Source: an uncultured Halanaerobiaceae bacterium
GTDB taxonomy: Bacteria; Bacillota; Halanaerobiia; Halanaerobiales; Halarsenatibacteraceae
Assembly: GCA_964405365.1 (NCBI GenBank)
Contig: CAYONR010000001.1
Location: 1,932 to 39,205, forward strand
Reading direction: 5' to 3'
DNA length: 37,274 nucleotides
Positions 7,005 through 18,270 of the stretch are shown here, piece after piece (position 1 is the first letter of the stretch; each line of letters opens with the position of its first letter). The notes below the pieces were generated by a model, which saw only the letters and a list, made by a program, of their open reading frames with translations, was not told the DNA's origin and searched no databases. Made by a program: the position numbers and the translations under genes.

Positions 7005-8918
7005 ATGAAGAGTATTAAACCTACAAATTATGATCAATATCTGTTTCATAGTGGTAAACATTATCAAGCTTATGAATTCATGGGAGCTCATCCAGTAAAA
7101 CATAATGATGATTCTGGAACTAAATTTACTGTCTGGGCACCTAATGCAAAAAAAATTTCAGTTGTTGGTGATTTTAATAACTGGCAAAAAAATAAAAACC
7201 AACTTGAAAAAATTAAAGATAGTGGCTTATGGGTAGGCTTTATAGTTGGAGCTAAACCAGGAGATAAGTATAAATACTTGATTACAGGCTATGAAAAACA
7301 AAAAAGAGTTAAGGCAGATCCTTATGCATTTAAAGCAGAAAAAAAACCTAAAACGGCTTCAATAATTACTGATATGGAAGAATACCAATGGAATGATAGT
7401 AAATGGTTAAAAGAAAGAGAAGATAAGGATATATTAAATGAACCTGTCTCAATCTATGAAGTTCATTTAGGCTCATGGAAAAGAAATTCAAAAAAAGAAC
7501 TGTATAATTACAGAGAGATTGCAGATTTATTAATCCCATATTTACTGGAAATGAATTATACTCATGTTGAACTCCTGCCAATCGCAGAACACCCCTTTGA
7601 TGGTTCCTGGGGTTATCAAACAACAGGATATTTCGCTCTTACAAGTAGGTATGGCAAACCTGAAGACTTTAAATATTTTGTTGATAGCTGTCATCAAGCC
7701 GGCATTGGAGTTATAATTGACTGGGTACCAAGCCATTTTTGTAAAGATGACCATGGCCTTAGATTATTTGATGGGACTGAATTATATGAGAGTAATATTC
7801 CACTAAGAGCTGAAAATCCACAATGGGATACCTTGAATTTTGATTTCGGTCAGCCTGAAGTTTGGAGCTTTCTAATTTCTAATGCAGTTTTTTGGTTAGA
7901 GGAATACCACATTGATGGCATAAGAGCCGATGCAGTTAGTAATATGCTTTATCTGGATTATGGTAAAGAAAATTCAAACTGGGTACCTAATGAATATGGC
8001 GGACGAGAAAATATAGATGCAATTAAATTTTTACGAAAAATGAATGAAGTAGTCTTTTCCAAATTCCCCGGCGTCATGATGATAGCTGAAGAATCCACTT
8101 CCTGGCCACAGGTAACATCTCCAGCTTATATCGGAGGCCTTGGTTTTAATTTGAAATGGAATATGGGATGGATGAATGATACTCTTGAATATATGAAGGC
8201 CGATCCTATATTTAGAAAATGGCAGCATAATAGACTAACTTTCTCGTTAATGTACACTTATACTGAGAATTTTGTTCTTCCTCTCTCCCATGATGAAGTT
8301 GTTCATGGAAAAAGATCTCTGCTGGATAAGATGCCCGGTGATTACTGGCAAAAATTTGCTAATTTAAGACTACTTTATTCATATATGATGGCGCATCCCG
8401 GCAAGAAATTATTGTTTATGGGTGGAGAGTTTGGACAATTTATTGAGTGGAATTACAAACAAGAACTAGATTGGTTTCTTTTAGATTATGAAAAACACCA
8501 GGAAACTCAAAATTTTGTTAGAGATTTAAATCAGATTTATTTAGATGAATCCCCTCTCTGGGAACTTGATTACAACTCTAAAGGGTTTGAGTGGATTGAG
8601 CCGAATGATAGTAACCAGAGCATATTAAGCTTGATTCGTTATAATAGCAAAAACCAACCAATTATAGTTGCTTTAAATTTCACACCTATTCCAAGAGACA
8701 ATTATAGAATAGGCGTTCCAAAAGAAGGCGTTTATGAAGTTATTCTTGATAGCGATGAAGACATATATGGAGGCTCAGACTATTCAAGTAAAACAAAATA
8801 TCAATCTGAACCACTTGAATTCCATGGATTTCCTCATTCAATAGAATTAACTCTGCCTCCACTGGCAGGGATATATTTAAAACCAGCAAAAGATAAACAG
8901 AAAATATCTAGACCATAA
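7005..8918 (+). CDS. glgB: 1,4-alpha-glucan branching enzyme
   Basis: WAPNA, IYEVHLGSW, SWGYQ, DGIRADAV, AEEST and LSHDEVVHGK GH13_9 motifs. Confidence 0.97.
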   Translation: MKSIKPTNYDQYLFHSGKHYQAYEFMGAHPVKHNDDSGTKFTVWAPNAKKISVVGDFNNWQKNKNQLEKIKDSGLWVGFIVGAKPGDKYKYLITGYEKQKRVKADPYAFKAEKKPKTASIITDMEEYQWNDSKWLKEREDKDILNEPVSIYEVHLGSWKRNSKKELYNYREIADLLIPYLLEMNYTHVELLPIAEHPFDGSWGYQTTGYFALTSRYGKPEDFKYFVDSCHQAGIGVIIDWVPSHFCKDDHGLRLFDGTELYESNIPLRAENPQWDTLNFDFGQPEVWSFLISNAVFWLEEYHIDGIRADAVSNMLYLDYGKENSNWVPNEYGGRENIDAIKFLRKMNEVVFSKFPGVMMIAEESTSWPQVTSPAYIGGLGFNLKWNMGWMNDTLEYMKADPIFRKWQHNRLTFSLMYTYTENFVLPLSHDEVVHGKRSLLDKMPGDYWQKFANLRLLYSYMMAHPGKKLLFMGGEFGQFIEWNYKQELDWFLLDYEKHQETQNFVRDLNQIYLDESPLWELDYNSKGFEWIEPNDSNQSILSLIRYNSKNQPIIVALNFTPIPRDNYRIGVPKEGVYEVILDSDEDIYGGSDYSSKTKYQSEPLEFHGFPHSIELTLPPLAGIYLKPAKDKQKISRP

Positions 8919-8936
8919 CTTATCAGGAGGGATACT

Positions 8937-10115
8937 ATGTCTAAAAAAGAAATGGTAGCAATGTTATTAGCTGGAGGAAAGGGAACTAGACTTGGCGTAT
9001 TAACTAAAGAAATAGCCAAACCGGCTGTTCCTTTTGGTGCCGAATATCGGTTGATCGACTTTCCATTAAGTAACTGTTCTAACTCTAATATTGATACTGT
9101 TGGTGTTTTGACTCAATATGAACCACTTGTATTAAATTCTTATATTGGTAACGGTAGCTCATGGGATTTAGATCGCCGCGATGGTGGCGTTACTGTTTTA
9201 CCTCCATATATTAGAGAAGGAGGAGGCAGCTGGTATAAAGGAACCGCTCATGCAATATATGAAAATATAAAATATATAGATCTCTATGATCCTGATTACG
9301 TACTTGTTCTTTCTGGAGACCATATATATAAGATGGATTATTCAGTAATGTTAGAGGACCACAAAGCAACTGGGGCTGACGCCAGTATTGCTGTGATGGA
9401 AGTCCCCTGGGAGGATACAAATAGATTTGGAGTTATGATTACTGATGATAACAAGAGAATAGTTGATTTTCAGGAAAAACCAGATGATGCAAGAAGTAAT
9501 TTAGCTTCAATGGGTATATATATTTTCAACTGGCCAATGTTAAGAGATTATCTCCAGGAAGATGCAGAAAATCCTGATTCTTCAGGAGATTTTGGCAACG
9601 ATATAATACCAGCCATGCTCAAGGATAAATTACATTTAAATGCTTATACATTTTCAGGTTACTGGAAAGATGTCGGTACTATTAAAAGTTACTGGCAGGC
9701 TCATATGGATTTATTAAAAACAGATAATATGGGTTTAAACCTTTATGACAGAGACTGGGTTATCTACAGTGTTAATCCAAATAGACCTCCACAATATCTA
9801 AGTAGTGAAGCCCAGGTGAGAAACTCAATGATTAATAAAGGAACCAAGATTCAGGGAGAAGTAGAAAATTCAGTGATTTTCTATGGTGTGGAAATAGGTA
9901 GAAATGCAGTAGTTAAAGATTCTGTAATAATGCCTAATGTTAAAATTGAAGATGGTGCATATATAAATAAAGCAATTATTGGCCAAAATTCATTAATTAA
10001 AGATAATGCCAGAATAGGTATAGGTGATGCTGTAACATATAATGTAACTGTAATAGGAGAAAGTGAAACTATAACTAATGGTGCTAAAATTAAACATGGT
10101 AGTGTCGTCGGATAA
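8937..10115 (+). CDS. glgC: Glucose-1-phosphate adenylyltransferase
   Basis: [29 protein letters not shown], beta-helix C-terminus. Confidence 0.97.
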   Translation: MSKKEMVAMLLAGGKGTRLGVLTKEIAKPAVPFGAEYRLIDFPLSNCSNSNIDTVGVLTQYEPLVLNSYIGNGSSWDLDRRDGGVTVLPPYIREGGGSWYKGTAHAIYENIKYIDLYDPDYVLVLSGDHIYKMDYSVMLEDHKATGADASIAVMEVPWEDTNRFGVMITDDNKRIVDFQEKPDDARSNLASMGIYIFNWPMLRDYLQEDAENPDSSGDFGNDIIPAMLKDKLHLNAYTFSGYWKDVGTIKSYWQAHMDLLKTDNMGLNLYDRDWVIYSVNPNRPPQYLSSEAQVRNSMINKGTKIQGEVENSVIFYGVEIGRNAVVKDSVIMPNVKIEDGAYINKAIIGQNSLIKDNARIGIGDAVTYNVTVIGESETITNGAKIKHGSVVG

Positions 10116-10143
10116 TCCAAAAATATATAAAGGAGGTAATATT

Positions 10144-11259
10144 ATGAATAATGTTATGGGGATACTTAATAATAATCCACAAGGAATTTCTTTGAAAGAA
10201 CTAACTGGACATCGATCTCTTGCTTCAGTACCTATTGCCAGTAGATATAGATTAATTGATTTTCCTTTATCTAATCTTGTAAACTCAGATGTTGATAATG
10301 TTGGTATATTACTGGAATCTAGATTTAGGTCCCTGCTAGATCATATAGGACCTGGTAAAGCCTGGGGTCTAGATACAAAGAATGATGGTCTCTTTTTACT
10401 TCCCCCTGCTCATATTAATAAAACTGGAAATCTATATAAAGGGGATATAGAAAATTTACAAGCCAACTTAGATTATATTCACCGTTCCAGCCAGGAATAT
10501 GTTATAATTTCATATCCTTCAATTGTTTGTAATTTAGATTATAGACCGATTGTTAAAGATCATATTAATTCAAGAGCTGATATAACAGTTGTTTATAAAG
10601 ATTTAGAAACATTATATAAAGATTCCCATTATACAACTATTAAAATCGATGACGATAATAGAATTACTGAAATGAAAATCAATCCAGATACTCGAAAAGA
10701 TACTAAAGTCTCTTTAAAGAGATATATTATGAGAAAAGATATTCTACTTGAAATAATTGACCAGTGTGTTTCTACAGGACAGTGGGATTTTGAAAAGAAT
10801 GGTATTTCTGCTAACTTACAAAATTATAATGTACAGGGATACGAGATTCATAATTATATAGCCATAATCAGCTCTTTAAGTGAATATTATCGAAGAAATA
10901 TGGAACTTCTTCAACCTAAAATATTTAATGATTTTTACAACACAAATGGCCCGGTATTTACTAAACCAAAAGATGAAGCTGCAACAAAATATACTAGCAA
11001 AGCCAGAGTCCATAATATTATAGCTGCAAATGGTTGTTTAATTAATGGAGAAGTCGAAAAATCAGTATTATTTAGAGGAGTTCAAATTGGTGAAAATGCT
11101 TCAATAAAAAATTCGATCATAATGCAAAAAAGTCAAGTAGGAGACGGCGCTGAACTTGAAAATGTTATATTAGATAAAAATGTTACAATAACTCCTGGAA
11201 AAAAATTAAAAGGAGATCCCTCATTCCCATTAATCATTGATAAAAATTCCATTATATAA
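10144..11259 (+). CDS. glgD: Glucose-1-phosphate adenylyltransferase subunit GlgD
   Basis: GlgC paralogue lacking the GGxGxRL motif (LT.HRSLASVP..RYRLIDF.LSN). ATG at 10144 follows AGGAGG; the track extends to 10078. Confidence 0.93.
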   Translation: MNNVMGILNNNPQGISLKELTGHRSLASVPIASRYRLIDFPLSNLVNSDVDNVGILLESRFRSLLDHIGPGKAWGLDTKNDGLFLLPPAHINKTGNLYKGDIENLQANLDYIHRSSQEYVIISYPSIVCNLDYRPIVKDHINSRADITVVYKDLETLYKDSHYTTIKIDDDNRITEMKINPDTRKDTKVSLKRYIMRKDILLEIIDQCVSTGQWDFEKNGISANLQNYNVQGYEIHNYIAIISSLSEYYRRNMELLQPKIFNDFYNTNGPVFTKPKDEAATKYTSKARVHNIIAANGCLINGEVEKSVLFRGVQIGENASIKNSIIMQKSQVGDGAELENVILDKNVTITPGKKLKGDPSFPLIIDKNSII

Positions 11260-11269
11260 TATTGATTAC

Positions 11270-11298
11270 GTCCCAGGTTTAATCCTGGGACATTTTTA
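11270..11298 (+). terminator. Terminator after glgD
   Basis: GTCCCAGG-TTTAAT-CCTGGGAC followed by ATTTTT. Confidence 0.8.
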
Positions 11299-11310
11299 TA
11301 TCATTAATAT

Positions 11311-13212
11311 TTAATGGTTAGTATAAAGAACCATAACTGAATGAGGAGGAACGTCAACTTCATCTGCTTTAAAAGTATTAAATGACTCAATACCAGCATG
11401 CCTATCATCAACTACTATATTCCATTTTTTCTTGTCTCCAAGTTTAACATTAGCCCAGTCCCACCAACTATTATAAATTACTATTATATGTTTCCAGCAA
11501 TCTCCTCCAGCATATGGTCCTAATTTAAAGGCTATGATTCCAGGAGGTGTATTCAAAAACTTAAGATATTTGCGAATTTCTTTTGCAGAATTCAACCTGA
11601 AAGCAGGATGTTTTTTTCTTAAAGATATTAAACCTTTATAATATTTAAATGTATCTTTATATTTGCTTTTTCTATTCCACTTTAAAGCATTTATTTTGTT
11701 GCCAGCATTATATGAATTACTATTCCCAAATTTCGTTCTTAAAAACTCTTCGCCACCTAATAAAAATGGTACACCTTGAGAAGTCATTACTATTGCCTGA
11801 GCAAATCTATCTAAGACTATTCTTTCTTTCTCCTCAACTGCAGGAAATGCTCCCTGAATTTTATCCCAGAGTGTATGGTTGTCGTGACAACTTGCATAAT
11901 TGATTGTCTCCTCTGGCGATAAAGCAAAACCCTTTATTTCTTCATTATAACTTATTTCTCCAACGGTACCTCTTTCAATTGCCCCTACTAAATTATTATG
12001 ACCACCAATAAAACCTTGAGTCTTTAAATCATTTTCACCTTTAACTGCATTTCTAAAACTATCATTAAAAACTCCAATGCCTTTACCTTTCTGGTCACCT
12101 TTTAAAATCAACTCTTCTTCTGATAATTGGGGCGGTAATGCATACCAGGGTTCTCCGTAAACTAATATATTAGAGTCAATCTCATATAAACCTTTTCTTA
12201 TTTTCAGCATTGTTTCTTCATCAATTAACCCCATCAAATCGAACCGAAAACCATCTATATGGTACTCCTTCGCCCAATATAAAACTGACTCAACAATAAA
12301 TTCCTGCACTTTATCTTTTTCAGTAGCAATCTCATTGCCTACTCCTGAACCATTGGCCAACTCATCTTCATCATACCAGCGATAAAAATATCCTGGAGCG
12401 ATTTTATTAAATGCAGATTTTTCAGTATAATATGTATGATTATAAACCACATCCATTATAACCCCGATATCATTTTTATGTAAAGTCTGTATTAACTTTT
12501 TCAATTCATTTATTCTAGAAAAATCAGATGTGCCAGTAGCATAAGAACCTTCTGGAACATTATAATATAATGGATCATAACCCCAATTATAATCTTCTAT
12601 ATCATTATCATCTACAGTCGCAAAATCAAAAACAGGCATTAATTGCACATGTGTAATTCCTAATTCCTTTAAATGATCCAGGCCTGTTTTCAAACCCTCT
12701 CTATTAACTGTTCCAGTTTCGGTAAAACCAAGATATTTGCCTTTATTTTCAATTCCTGATTCAGGATGAATACTGAAATCCTTTACATGTAATTCATAGA
12801 TTATTGCATCAACAGGTAAATTTATACTGATTCTTCTATCTTTATCCCAATCAGCAGGATTAGTCTTATCTAGATTAACAATAATTCCCCTTTCACTATT
12901 TGTTCCTACTGCTTTAACCCAGGGATCAAGAGTCTTAACTGTTTCTCCATCTCGTTCAATTTCTAACCAATAATAAACACCATGCAAGTTTTCTGGGACC
13001 TTCTTAGTCCATATATTTTTCTCTTTTTCTTCTAACTCTAATTGAGTAAATATTTTATCATCATCATTGTATGAAAGATTAACAACCACTTCATCTGCAT
13101 CTTTTATCCAGAGTTTAATATATGTAAAATCTAAACTAACTTTTATACCATAGCTAAATTGATCAAAATTATCACAACTATTAACAGATTTCAAATAACA
13201 AAACCTCCTCAA
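11311..13212 (-). CDS. pulA: Type I pullulanase (GH13 debranching enzyme)
   Basis: YNWGYDP signature, MDVVYNH, DGFRFDLMG, YGEPW, CHDN.TLWD. Confidence 0.93.
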   Translation of the reverse strand: MRRFCYLKSVNSCDNFDQFSYGIKVSLDFTYIKLWIKDADEVVVNLSYNDDDKIFTQLELEEKEKNIWTKKVPENLHGVYYWLEIERDGETVKTLDPWVKAVGTNSERGIIVNLDKTNPADWDKDRRISINLPVDAIIYELHVKDFSIHPESGIENKGKYLGFTETGTVNREGLKTGLDHLKELGITHVQLMPVFDFATVDDNDIEDYNWGYDPLYYNVPEGSYATGTSDFSRINELKKLIQTLHKNDIGVIMDVVYNHTYYTEKSAFNKIAPGYFYRWYDEDELANGSGVGNEIATEKDKVQEFIVESVLYWAKEYHIDGFRFDLMGLIDEETMLKIRKGLYEIDSNILVYGEPWYALPPQLSEEELILKGDQKGKGIGVFNDSFRNAVKGENDLKTQGFIGGHNNLVGAIERGTVGEISYNEEIKGFALSPEETINYASCHDNHTLWDKIQGAFPAVEEKERIVLDRFAQAIVMTSQGVPFLLGGEEFLRTKFGNSNSYNAGNKINALKWNRKSKYKDTFKYYKGLISLRKKHPAFRLNSAKEIRKYLKFLNTPPGIIAFKLGPYAGGDCWKHIIVIYNSWWDWANVKLGDKKKWNIVVDDRHAGIESFNTFKADEVDVPPHSVMVLYTNH

Positions 13213-13368
13213 AATAATATTAAAAATTTAATAGACCTTTTAATATTATAACATATTATAATAATTAAAAAAATTCAATTTTACTATTTCAAGCTATTGA
13301 TGTATAATAATAAGCATATCATATTAAAAATTTTTGATTTTAATGATATGGGGAGGCAATAATGAAAT

Positions 13369-15003
13369 ATGAATGAAAAAATAACTAAAGATATTAAAAA
13401 TGATCCAACAAAAATAGCTTATTTCTGTATGGAGTACGGACTCCATGAAGATTTTAGAATTTATTCTGGAGGTTTAGGAGTTTTAGCTGGCGATACTATG
13501 AAAGCTGCCAGGGACTTAAATCTACCAGTCATCGGAATCGGAATCATGTGGAATAAAGGTTATACAAAACAATTGATAGATGACTACGGGAGACCTTATG
13601 ATAACTTCCCCCCTGAAGGCCAGAATTATAAGCATGTTGAGGATACTGGAATTACTGTAACTGTCAAAGTTAAAGAAACTGATGTTAAATGTAAAGTCTG
13701 GAAAGTTGATAAATTTAATAATAACCCAATTTACTTACTTGATACAAACCTCAAAGAAAACGGCAAATATAAAAGGATTACAGAAAGATTATATGTAGGC
13801 TCTTCTGAAGAAAGAATCGCTCAAGAAATAGTTTTAGGAATTGGTGGAATTCGGGCTTTAAGAAAATTAGATATCGATGTAGATATTTATCACTTCAACG
13901 AAGGTCATGCTGCTCTAGCAGGAACAGAATTAATCCAAGAAAAAATTAAAAACGGTTATGATTTTAATCAGGCCTGGGAAGAAGTTAGATCTGAAATAGT
14001 ATTTACAACTCATACCCCTGTTAAAGAAGGGAATGAGTCTCATCCAATTGAAAACCTTAAAAAGATTGGAGCTTTTAATGGTCTGGAAAAAGAAGAAATG
14101 GAAGAGATTGGAGGCAATCCATTTAATATGACTGTTGCAGGCTTAAGGCTTGCTTCCAGAGCTAATGGTGTAGCTAAACTTCATGGAATAACAGCCAGAG
14201 ATATGTGGCAACATGTTGAAGATAGAGCTCCAATTATCTCTATCACAAATGGGGTACATTTACCTTCCTGGGTAGACGAAAGAATGTTTTCAAGTCTTTT
14301 TGATAAAAAAGCTATCTCTGAACTACACAGTGAAAATAAACAGGCATTAATTGATTTCATTGAAGAAGAGAATGGTCAAAAGTTTAGAGAGGATAGATTA
14401 TTAATTGGATTTGCCAGAAGAGCAGCCAGTTACAAAAGACCTGATATGATATTCTGGGATATTGATCGAATCAGACATCTTTTAGAAGATCAAATGCTGC
14501 AGCTAGTTTTTTCTGGTAAAGCTCACCCTGAAGATAATAAAGGTAAAGACATTATTTCAAGAATTGTTGAAATATCAAAGGAATACCCACAGAGTGTAAC
14601 TTATCTTGAAGATTATAATATTAAAACTGGCCGATTAATGACCAGGGGTGCTGATGTCTGGTTAAATAATCCACGTCGTCCAATGGAAGCTTCCGGTACT
14701 TCTGGAATGAAAGCAGCCATGAATGGAGTCTTGAATTTTAGCACTCTAGATGGCTGGTGGGATGAAAACTGCCAACATGGTATTAATGGCTGGCAATTTG
14801 GAGATGCCTATGTTGGTAATGGCCAGGATGAACATGATCTTTTTGGTCTATATCATGTTTTGCTAGATCAAATAATACCAACCTATTATGAGAATAGAAA
14901 AAAATGGCTAATGATGATGCAGTACAGTATTAAGATGACCCATGATCGCTTTTCTGCTGAAAGAATGCTTACAGAATACTATGAGATGTTATATCAAATT
15001 TAA
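13369..15003 (+). CDS. glgP: Alpha-glucan (glycogen) phosphorylase, short form
   Basis: YSGGLGVLAGD, HFNEGH, FTTHTP, FARR...YKR, EASGTSGMK PLP-lysine motif. Confidence 0.93.
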   Translation: MNEKITKDIKNDPTKIAYFCMEYGLHEDFRIYSGGLGVLAGDTMKAARDLNLPVIGIGIMWNKGYTKQLIDDYGRPYDNFPPEGQNYKHVEDTGITVTVKVKETDVKCKVWKVDKFNNNPIYLLDTNLKENGKYKRITERLYVGSSEERIAQEIVLGIGGIRALRKLDIDVDIYHFNEGHAALAGTELIQEKIKNGYDFNQAWEEVRSEIVFTTHTPVKEGNESHPIENLKKIGAFNGLEKEEMEEIGGNPFNMTVAGLRLASRANGVAKLHGITARDMWQHVEDRAPIISITNGVHLPSWVDERMFSSLFDKKAISELHSENKQALIDFIEEENGQKFREDRLLIGFARRAASYKRPDMIFWDIDRIRHLLEDQMLQLVFSGKAHPEDNKGKDIISRIVEISKEYPQSVTYLEDYNIKTGRLMTRGADVWLNNPRRPMEASGTSGMKAAMNGVLNFSTLDGWWDENCQHGINGWQFGDAYVGNGQDEHDLFGLYHVLLDQIIPTYYENRKKWLMMMQYSIKMTHDRFSAERMLTEYYEMLYQI

Positions 15004-15014
15004 AGAATTGTATT

Positions 15015-15057
15015 TAATAACCTCTATCCTATGTTTTTTTAGGATAGAGGTTTATTG
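15015..15057. terminator. Bidirectional terminator between glgP and the DJ-1 gene
   Basis: AACCTCTATCCTA..TAGGATAGAGGTT 13-bp stem between convergent genes. Confidence 0.8.
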
Positions 15058-15058
15058 T

Positions 15059-15607
15059 TTAAAAATTATATAATGTGTTTTCTTCCTGCTCCATTCTTTC
15101 TTCTTCACCTTTCAAATACTCAATTATTTCCAAAGCAAAGCTCATAGCTGTTCCTGGACCTCTAGATGTTATGATATTATCATCAATAACAACAGGATCT
15201 TCAAGATAATCATATCTGGTAAATTCATCTGCAAATTCAGGATAGGAGGTTAATTTCCTGCCAGCTAATATTCCTGCTCCTTTTAATACAATTGGCGCAG
15301 CACAGATTGCAGCAACAAGTTTATCTCTAGCATCAAATTCCTGAACAAGAGAAATAATATTTTTGTCCTGCCTTAAATTCTCTGCTCCAGGCATACCACC
15401 TGGCAAGACAATTCCGTCAAATACTCGCCAATTAATATTTTTGAATCGCTGATCTGCCTGAATAATTAATCCATGAGCGCCCATTATGTCTGTCTCAGTG
15501 AGTCCAGCAACAACAACTTCAATATCAGCTCTTCTCAAAAGATCAATTACAGTTACCGCTTCAATCTCCTCAAATCCTCGGGCCAGTGGTACAATTATCT
15601 TTGCCAT
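15059..15607 (-). CDS. DJ-1/YajL/ThiJ family glyoxalase III/deglycase
   Basis: GFEEIEA, LPGGMPGA, AAICAAP catalytic Cys, TSRGPGTA. Confidence 0.93.
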   Translation of the reverse strand: MAKIIVPLARGFEEIEAVTVIDLLRRADIEVVVAGLTETDIMGAHGLIIQADQRFKNINWRVFDGIVLPGGMPGAENLRQDKNIISLVQEFDARDKLVAAICAAPIVLKGAGILAGRKLTSYPEFADEFTRYDYLEDPVVIDDNIITSRGPGTAMSFALEIIEYLKGEEERMEQEENTLYNF

Positions 15608-15630
15608 TTTTCACACTCCTTATAAGTATT

Positions 15631-17625
15631 TTAATCTAATTCTTCCATCTCTTCTATTAAACCAGTTTCATTAACTCTTTCAAAAAACTCTCTCACTAAT
15701 GGTGCAGCCACACGCCCTCCTACTCCCCCCTCTTCAACTAATAGGGCAAATGCAAAGTCTCTATCCTGGAAGTCCTCTATGAAGCCTGCAAACCAGGCAT
15801 GAGGGTCTCGGCCTGTAATTTCAGCTGTACCAGTCTTACCATAGATATTAAAACCATCTAAATTTAACGACTGACCTGTTCCTTCTGTAACCACTTTTCT
15901 TAAAGATTGCCTCAAATTATTAGCAGTTTCTTCAGATAAAACCTGTTCCATCTGATGACCATAATCATCAATCTGCAAACTCACTTCAGGAGCATATCCA
16001 TTATTAGCAAAAGGAGTGAATAATTTTGCCATATGCAGTGGTGTTATCAAAACTTGATCCTGACCAATAGCTGACCAGGCCAGAGCAACTCGACTTCTTC
16101 CTGGATTTCCAATTTGACCTGGCTGTAGAGGCAATCCAAGATCTGGAGTTGATGATAAACTTAATCTACTAAAATAATTTTCTAATTTTTCAGCCCCTAA
16201 ATCAAGACCAACTTGAGCCATAGTTGTATTAATTGAACGGACAATTGCATCTTCTAATGTATGCTGGCCAAAAACTTCTCCTTCAAAATTCCTGATGATA
16301 TTGCCATCAACAATAAGTTGACCTTCATCATTAAACTCACTATTAATATTATAAACGTCCTCATTTAAAGCCGCTGCAGCAGTTAAAACTTTAAAGGTGG
16401 ACCCTGGAGGATATCTGCCCTGAATTGCTCGATTAAATAATGGCCTATCTGGATCAGTAGTTAATTGAGACCATCTAGATCCACTAATTCCTTGAACAAA
16501 CTCATTAGGATCAAACCCAGGAGTAGAAGCAAGAACAATAATTTCTCCAGAATTTGCATCTAATAAAACGAAGGAGGCTCTCTCCCCTGCCAATATATCT
16601 ACGGCTTCTTCCTGCAATGAGATATCTAGTGAAATATTAATATCTTCACCATGAACCGCTGGTAATTGCCTTAATAGTTCTCTATCTTCAGCAGTTTCTA
16701 CATAAAATTCATAACCAGGACTACCTCTAAGGATTTCTTCCTGACCAATTTCCAGACCACTTCTTCCTACTTTTTCTCCAGCCTGATAATCTCTTTCTGG
16801 GTAATAATCAATCATTTCTGAAGTAACCTCTCCAATATATCCGGTTATATGACCAACTGTTGTATTGTAAGGATAGACTCTGCTATCCTGTCTTCTAAAG
16901 AATATACCTGGAATTGGACGGAGTATTGGATCTAATTCAGCAAATTCTGATTCAGAAATTGTTGCTACAGGAACAAACCAATGATCCTCAACTCCAGTTG
17001 CCTGATATTCACCTGTTAAGTACTCCTCTGTCAACTCTAGTTCTTCATAAAGAGTATCATGTAAAAGATCCGGATCTTCAACTCTACCTGGTTGAATGCC
17101 CACATTGATTAAAGAACCACCACCAGCCAATAATTCTCCGCTTCTATCATAAATATTCCCTCTTTCAGGATAAAGTCTTCTTCTATCATAATTGGCATTT
17201 ATACCATATTCAGGTAATGGAAGTTGATCACGCCAATGTATTTTCCAGTCCAATATTCCATCTCTAGATAACTCCATTACAAAATCAATCGTTATATCTT
17301 CAAAATATTCGCTTGTATATAGAATTTTAACCTGATACTCAGCTTCAAATAGAGATTCTTCTAAAGTTTCGAACTCTAATAATTCAATTTCTAATAAATT
17401 AAAATTCTGGCTGAAATCTGTAAATGAATTAACTAAACTATCAGTTGAAGGCTCATCAAATTCAGAATGATGATATTCTATCATATTATTAAAATCTTCT
17501 GCTAATAAAGAACCTAGATAATTTTCGGCAACTTCTGCTGGTAATGGATAAATGAATTCAGCTAGAAAATATCCAGCACCTAACATTAAACCTGCCACAA
17601 TAATTATTATAATTGCTAGCCTCAT
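15631..17625 (-). CDS. Class B penicillin-binding protein with an N-terminal MecA/NTF2-like domain
   Basis: N-terminal TM, RG.IYDR.G, R.YP, G.SGLE, PGSTFK (SxxK), SIN (SxN), KTGTAE. Confidence 0.92.
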   Translation of the reverse strand: MRLAIIIIIVAGLMLGAGYFLAEFIYPLPAEVAENYLGSLLAEDFNNMIEYHHSEFDEPSTDSLVNSFTDFSQNFNLLEIELLEFETLEESLFEAEYQVKILYTSEYFEDITIDFVMELSRDGILDWKIHWRDQLPLPEYGINANYDRRRLYPERGNIYDRSGELLAGGGSLINVGIQPGRVEDPDLLHDTLYEELELTEEYLTGEYQATGVEDHWFVPVATISESEFAELDPILRPIPGIFFRRQDSRVYPYNTTVGHITGYIGEVTSEMIDYYPERDYQAGEKVGRSGLEIGQEEILRGSPGYEFYVETAEDRELLRQLPAVHGEDINISLDISLQEEAVDILAGERASFVLLDANSGEIIVLASTPGFDPNEFVQGISGSRWSQLTTDPDRPLFNRAIQGRYPPGSTFKVLTAAAALNEDVYNINSEFNDEGQLIVDGNIIRNFEGEVFGQHTLEDAIVRSINTTMAQVGLDLGAEKLENYFSRLSLSSTPDLGLPLQPGQIGNPGRSRVALAWSAIGQDQVLITPLHMAKLFTPFANNGYAPEVSLQIDDYGHQMEQVLSEETANNLRQSLRKVVTEGTGQSLNLDGFNIYGKTGTAEITGRDPHAWFAGFIEDFQDRDFAFALLVEEGGVGGRVAAPLVREFFERVNETGLIEEMEELD

Positions 17626-17717
17626 ATTAAAGCCTCCTAGAAAAGTTTATTAAAAATAAAGGGAAAAAGGTTTTTTTATAGAATAATATAATGACATCAA
17701 AAGGAGGTATCTATTAA

Positions 17718-18215
17718 ATGAAAAAATATTTAACAATAATCTTAGTTTTTGCATTTCTTTTAACTTTTTCAACCTCAACTCAAGCTCTAATTGAACCAGC
17801 TGTAAATGAAGGACAGGGCCATTTCATGGTCAACCTTGTAGTCCCTCAAGCTGATTCTGGCTTTTCTATTGCCGGAGATTTCGGTATCACTGAAACTATA
17901 GGTATATTTGGAGAAATAGGAGATCCTTATTCCCGCCTTGGTTTAAAATATCAACTAAGTCCAGAATTTGCAGTTGCCGGTGGTTATGTTGTCAATAAAT
18001 CTGTCTTTCTCGGTTTAAATACTTCTTTTCCTGCTGCTGATAATTTAAGAATAGCAGGAGAACTAGGGTTAGTAGTTCCAGATAGTGATCTAGCTCTCAT
18101 GTATCAAGCTGGAGCGATTTATAATCTTCCAGATAATATTGACATTAGAGCTTCTGTAAACGGTATTACATCGGAAATGAATAAATTTAAATTAGGATTT
18201 GGCTATTCTTTCTAA
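17718..18215 (+). CDS. Secreted protein, probable small outer-membrane beta-barrel
   Basis: Signal peptide ending TQA, amphipathic Gly/aromatic beta strands, C-terminal LGFGYSF beta-signal. Confidence 0.6.
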   Translation: MKKYLTIILVFAFLLTFSTSTQALIEPAVNEGQGHFMVNLVVPQADSGFSIAGDFGITETIGIFGEIGDPYSRLGLKYQLSPEFAVAGGYVVNKSVFLGLNTSFPAADNLRIAGELGLVVPDSDLALMYQAGAIYNLPDNIDIRASVNGITSEMNKFKLGFGYSF

Positions 18216-18239
18216 TCAAATATCAATACAAAATATACT

Positions 18240-18265
18240 ATCCCCGCTTAAAAGCGGGGATTTAA
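18240..18265. terminator. Terminator between the convergent OMP-like and S8 genes
   Basis: ATCCCCGC-TTAAAA-GCGGGGAT hairpin. Confidence 0.8.
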
Positions 18266-18270
18266 TTATT

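Noticed and set aside
10078-10143. N-terminal extension of glgD overlapping glgC
   Set aside because: A strong AGGAGG precedes the ATG at 10144.
13213-13368. TATAAT/ATTATA repeats between pulA and glgP
   Set aside because: Very AT-rich region with no properly spaced -35 found; not distinguishable from background by eye.
13369-15003. GlgP looks truncated at 544 aa
   Set aside because: All key motifs, RBS and terminator are present, and short phosphorylases are known in anaerobic Firmicutes.
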